The notes below the pieces were generated by a model. That model was not told where the DNA came from. It did not search any database and saw only the letters and a program-made list of their open reading frames with translations. Shown here one piece after another: positions 62,067-64,000 of a stretch of 64,000 bases of DNA. Made by a program: the position numbers and the translations under genes. How positions within the stretch are numbered: position 1 is the stretch's first letter; the number at the start of each line of letters is the position of its first letter. This DNA is from Octopus sinensis (lineage: Eukaryota), in the NCBI RefSeq assembly GCF_006345805.1, contig NC_042998.1, positions 197,532,001 to 197,596,000 of the forward strand. The letters are read 5' to 3'.

Positions 62067-62293
62067 CTTACAGAGGGAGTAAAGAAACAAAAATGTGGGT
62101 CAAGACAACTGTTAATTACACACACACACACTCACATAGACATATGAATATCCATTCACTTATTTTACTCTTTGTCTAGTTTCAGTCACCGGACTATGGC
62201 TATATTGGGGAACCACATTCAAAAAGTGAGTGAAAGGTAGAAGAAATCCAACTATACATCTAACTGGTTGGGCTTGGTGCCTTTATTTCATAT

Positions 62294-62679
62294 GGATGGA
62301 AGCACTCCGTCGGTTACAACGATGAGGGTTCCGGTTGATCCGAATCAACGGAACAGCCTGCTCGTGAAATTAACGTGTAAGTGGCTGAGCACTCCACAGA
62401 CACGTGTACCCTTAACGTAGTTCTCGAGGAGATTCAGCGTGACACAGAGAGTGACAAGGCTGGCCCTTTGAAATACAGGTACAACAGAAACAGGAAGTAA
62501 GAGTGAGAGAAAGTTGTGGTGAAAGAGTACAGCAGGGATCACCACCATCCCCTGCCGGAGCCTCGTGGAGCTTTAGGTGTTTTCGCTCAAGAAACACTCA
62601 CAACGCCCGGTCTGGGAATCGAAACTGTGATCCTACGACCGCGAGTCCGCTGCCCTAACGACTGGGCCATTGCGCCTCC
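62294..62679 (-). mobile_element. tRNA-derived SINE, family A, full length
   Basis: 10-bp TSD TATTTCATAT at 62284-62293 and 62680-62689. Confidence 0.9.
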
Positions 62680-62799
62680 TATTTCATATATACAAAAGTA
62701 TACATATAGTCATAAACACACACACACACACACATACTAAAAATATATGCAGTACCAAACAGACTGATTGTTCAATAATATGTTCAAGCATTCTATGTA

Positions 62800-63110
62800 T
62801 ATCATCTCATCTAGGTCATCTCATAGGATGCCCTAAGATTGTTTCCACGGGTTTTCCCCTTTCATCTTGATCTTCCACAATGGTCCTCAGCTCCTGTACT
62901 CCTTCCATACCAGTATCCTCCAGCAAGTTGTCAATATCGGTCATCTTCCGCAAGATATATACCCACGCCCCCGACCCCATCAGTGTTCCCTGCACAGAAA
63001 ATCTTGTACCTGTGTTCTTTGCCTGTGAGGAACCTAGCGGAACCTCCTCTCCATCTTACTTCTTGGATGCAGCACATATCGTGTCGATGTCTATATGCGA
63101 TTATATTTCA
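62800..63110 (-). mobile_element. Chimeric RTE remnant: endonuclease N-terminus fused to an RTE 3' end
   Basis: DMCCIQEVRWRGGSARFLTGKEHRYKIF.AGNTDGVGGVGI joined at ~62943 to IDNLLEDTGMEGVQELRTIVEDQDE. Confidence 0.65.
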
Positions 63111-63379
63111 CTTAGGCATTGACTTCTACATGAATAGAACTCAGTATACTCGATATATGTATGCCTCTGAACGAAGCATTATTTGACTACAGAAGGGTAA
63201 TAAGGAAAGAGATGACAAAAGCATAAACGATTATCTTATGAACACCTATTCCCACTATAAGACATGTGGTGGACTATGAATGCAGCACATCTTGATGATA
63301 ATCTCATGGATAATTGTTTATTTCTTTGTCAGCCTTTTCCTTGTGTAATTATATGTCTGCAATTGTATGTTCATGACAC

Positions 63380-63710
63380 ATCATCATCATCATCATCATC
63401 ATCGTCATCATTTAACATCCTCCTTCCATGCTGGTATGGTTTGGATGGTTTGGCAGGAGCTGGCCATCCAGTAGCCTGCACCATACTTCTGTGTCTGTTT
63501 TGGCATGGATTTTTATGGCTGGGTACCCTTCCTACTCCACAATGTAGGCTGAGTGCTTTTTAAAGGGCATCAGCACAGACGAGGTAAGTTTTGGCCTGGT
63601 TTTTACAGCTGGATGCCATTCTTAATGCCAACCCCTTTATAGCGTGAACCAGATGCTTTTTAAGTGGCCCTTGCACTGGCAGGGTCACCAAGTAATTTTG
63701 CAAGACAAGG
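63380..63710 (-). mobile_element. Older diverged RTE 3'-UTR-type repeat
   Basis: (CAT)n-TTTAACATCC..TTCCATGCTGGTATGG, CAGCTGGATGCC. Confidence 0.6.
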
Positions 63711-64000
63711 AATATTTAAGAAGGTTGAGGACACTGAAGGAGGTGATCTTGTGCTAAATGATGAAGGTTATGGTGTGGTGTGACAGAGAGGCAGAAACAG
63801 GGGTCTTGCTGTTTAATGGGTATAATAATGGAAAATTTTCTATTTTCGCATGATTCCAATATCAACTTTTTATTGAATATTCTAGAAAGAAATGCAATTC
63901 ACTCTATATGAAAAAACAAACCCTTAAATTTTAAGTCAGTTTGATAAGTGCCATGTATGAAACTCTAGGTCCTGGTATCACTTCTGTAACTTTCTGCCTT

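Overview
Repeat-saturated, AT-rich animal genomic DNA. The SINE, LINE and microsatellite repertoire is the one I recognise from octopus (coleoid cephalopod); this assignment is inferred, not proven. The main result is a minus-strand protein-coding gene that the ORF track shows only in fragments. Ten short exons (62066-61968, 60887-60751, 48560-48456, 46486-46286, 35567-35483, 33970-33842, 30947-30769, 24560-24444, 8102-7911, 5149-5075) splice with GT-AG boundaries and fully compatible phases into a 1319-nt open frame (~439 aa, open at both ends). It encodes two tandem adenylate-kinase-fold domains, both with degenerate P-loops and no LID arginines, so they are probable pseudo-kinase domains. 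The introns are filled with tRNA-derived SINEs (several with clean TSDs), RTE, CR1, R4/Dong-like, Penelope, Gypsy and mariner remnants, four non-autonomous Helitrons, a TIR MITE, a 72-bp Asp-codon minisatellite (~3.3 kb), a 97-bp satellite (~7.7 kb) and long microsatellites. Notable non-genic structures: SINE concatemers with an identical palindromic junction at two loci, two apparent locally templated insertions, a minimal hammerhead ribozyme and a 176-bp near-perfect hairpin. Repeat boundaries are approximate; family names are from recognition, not database searches.
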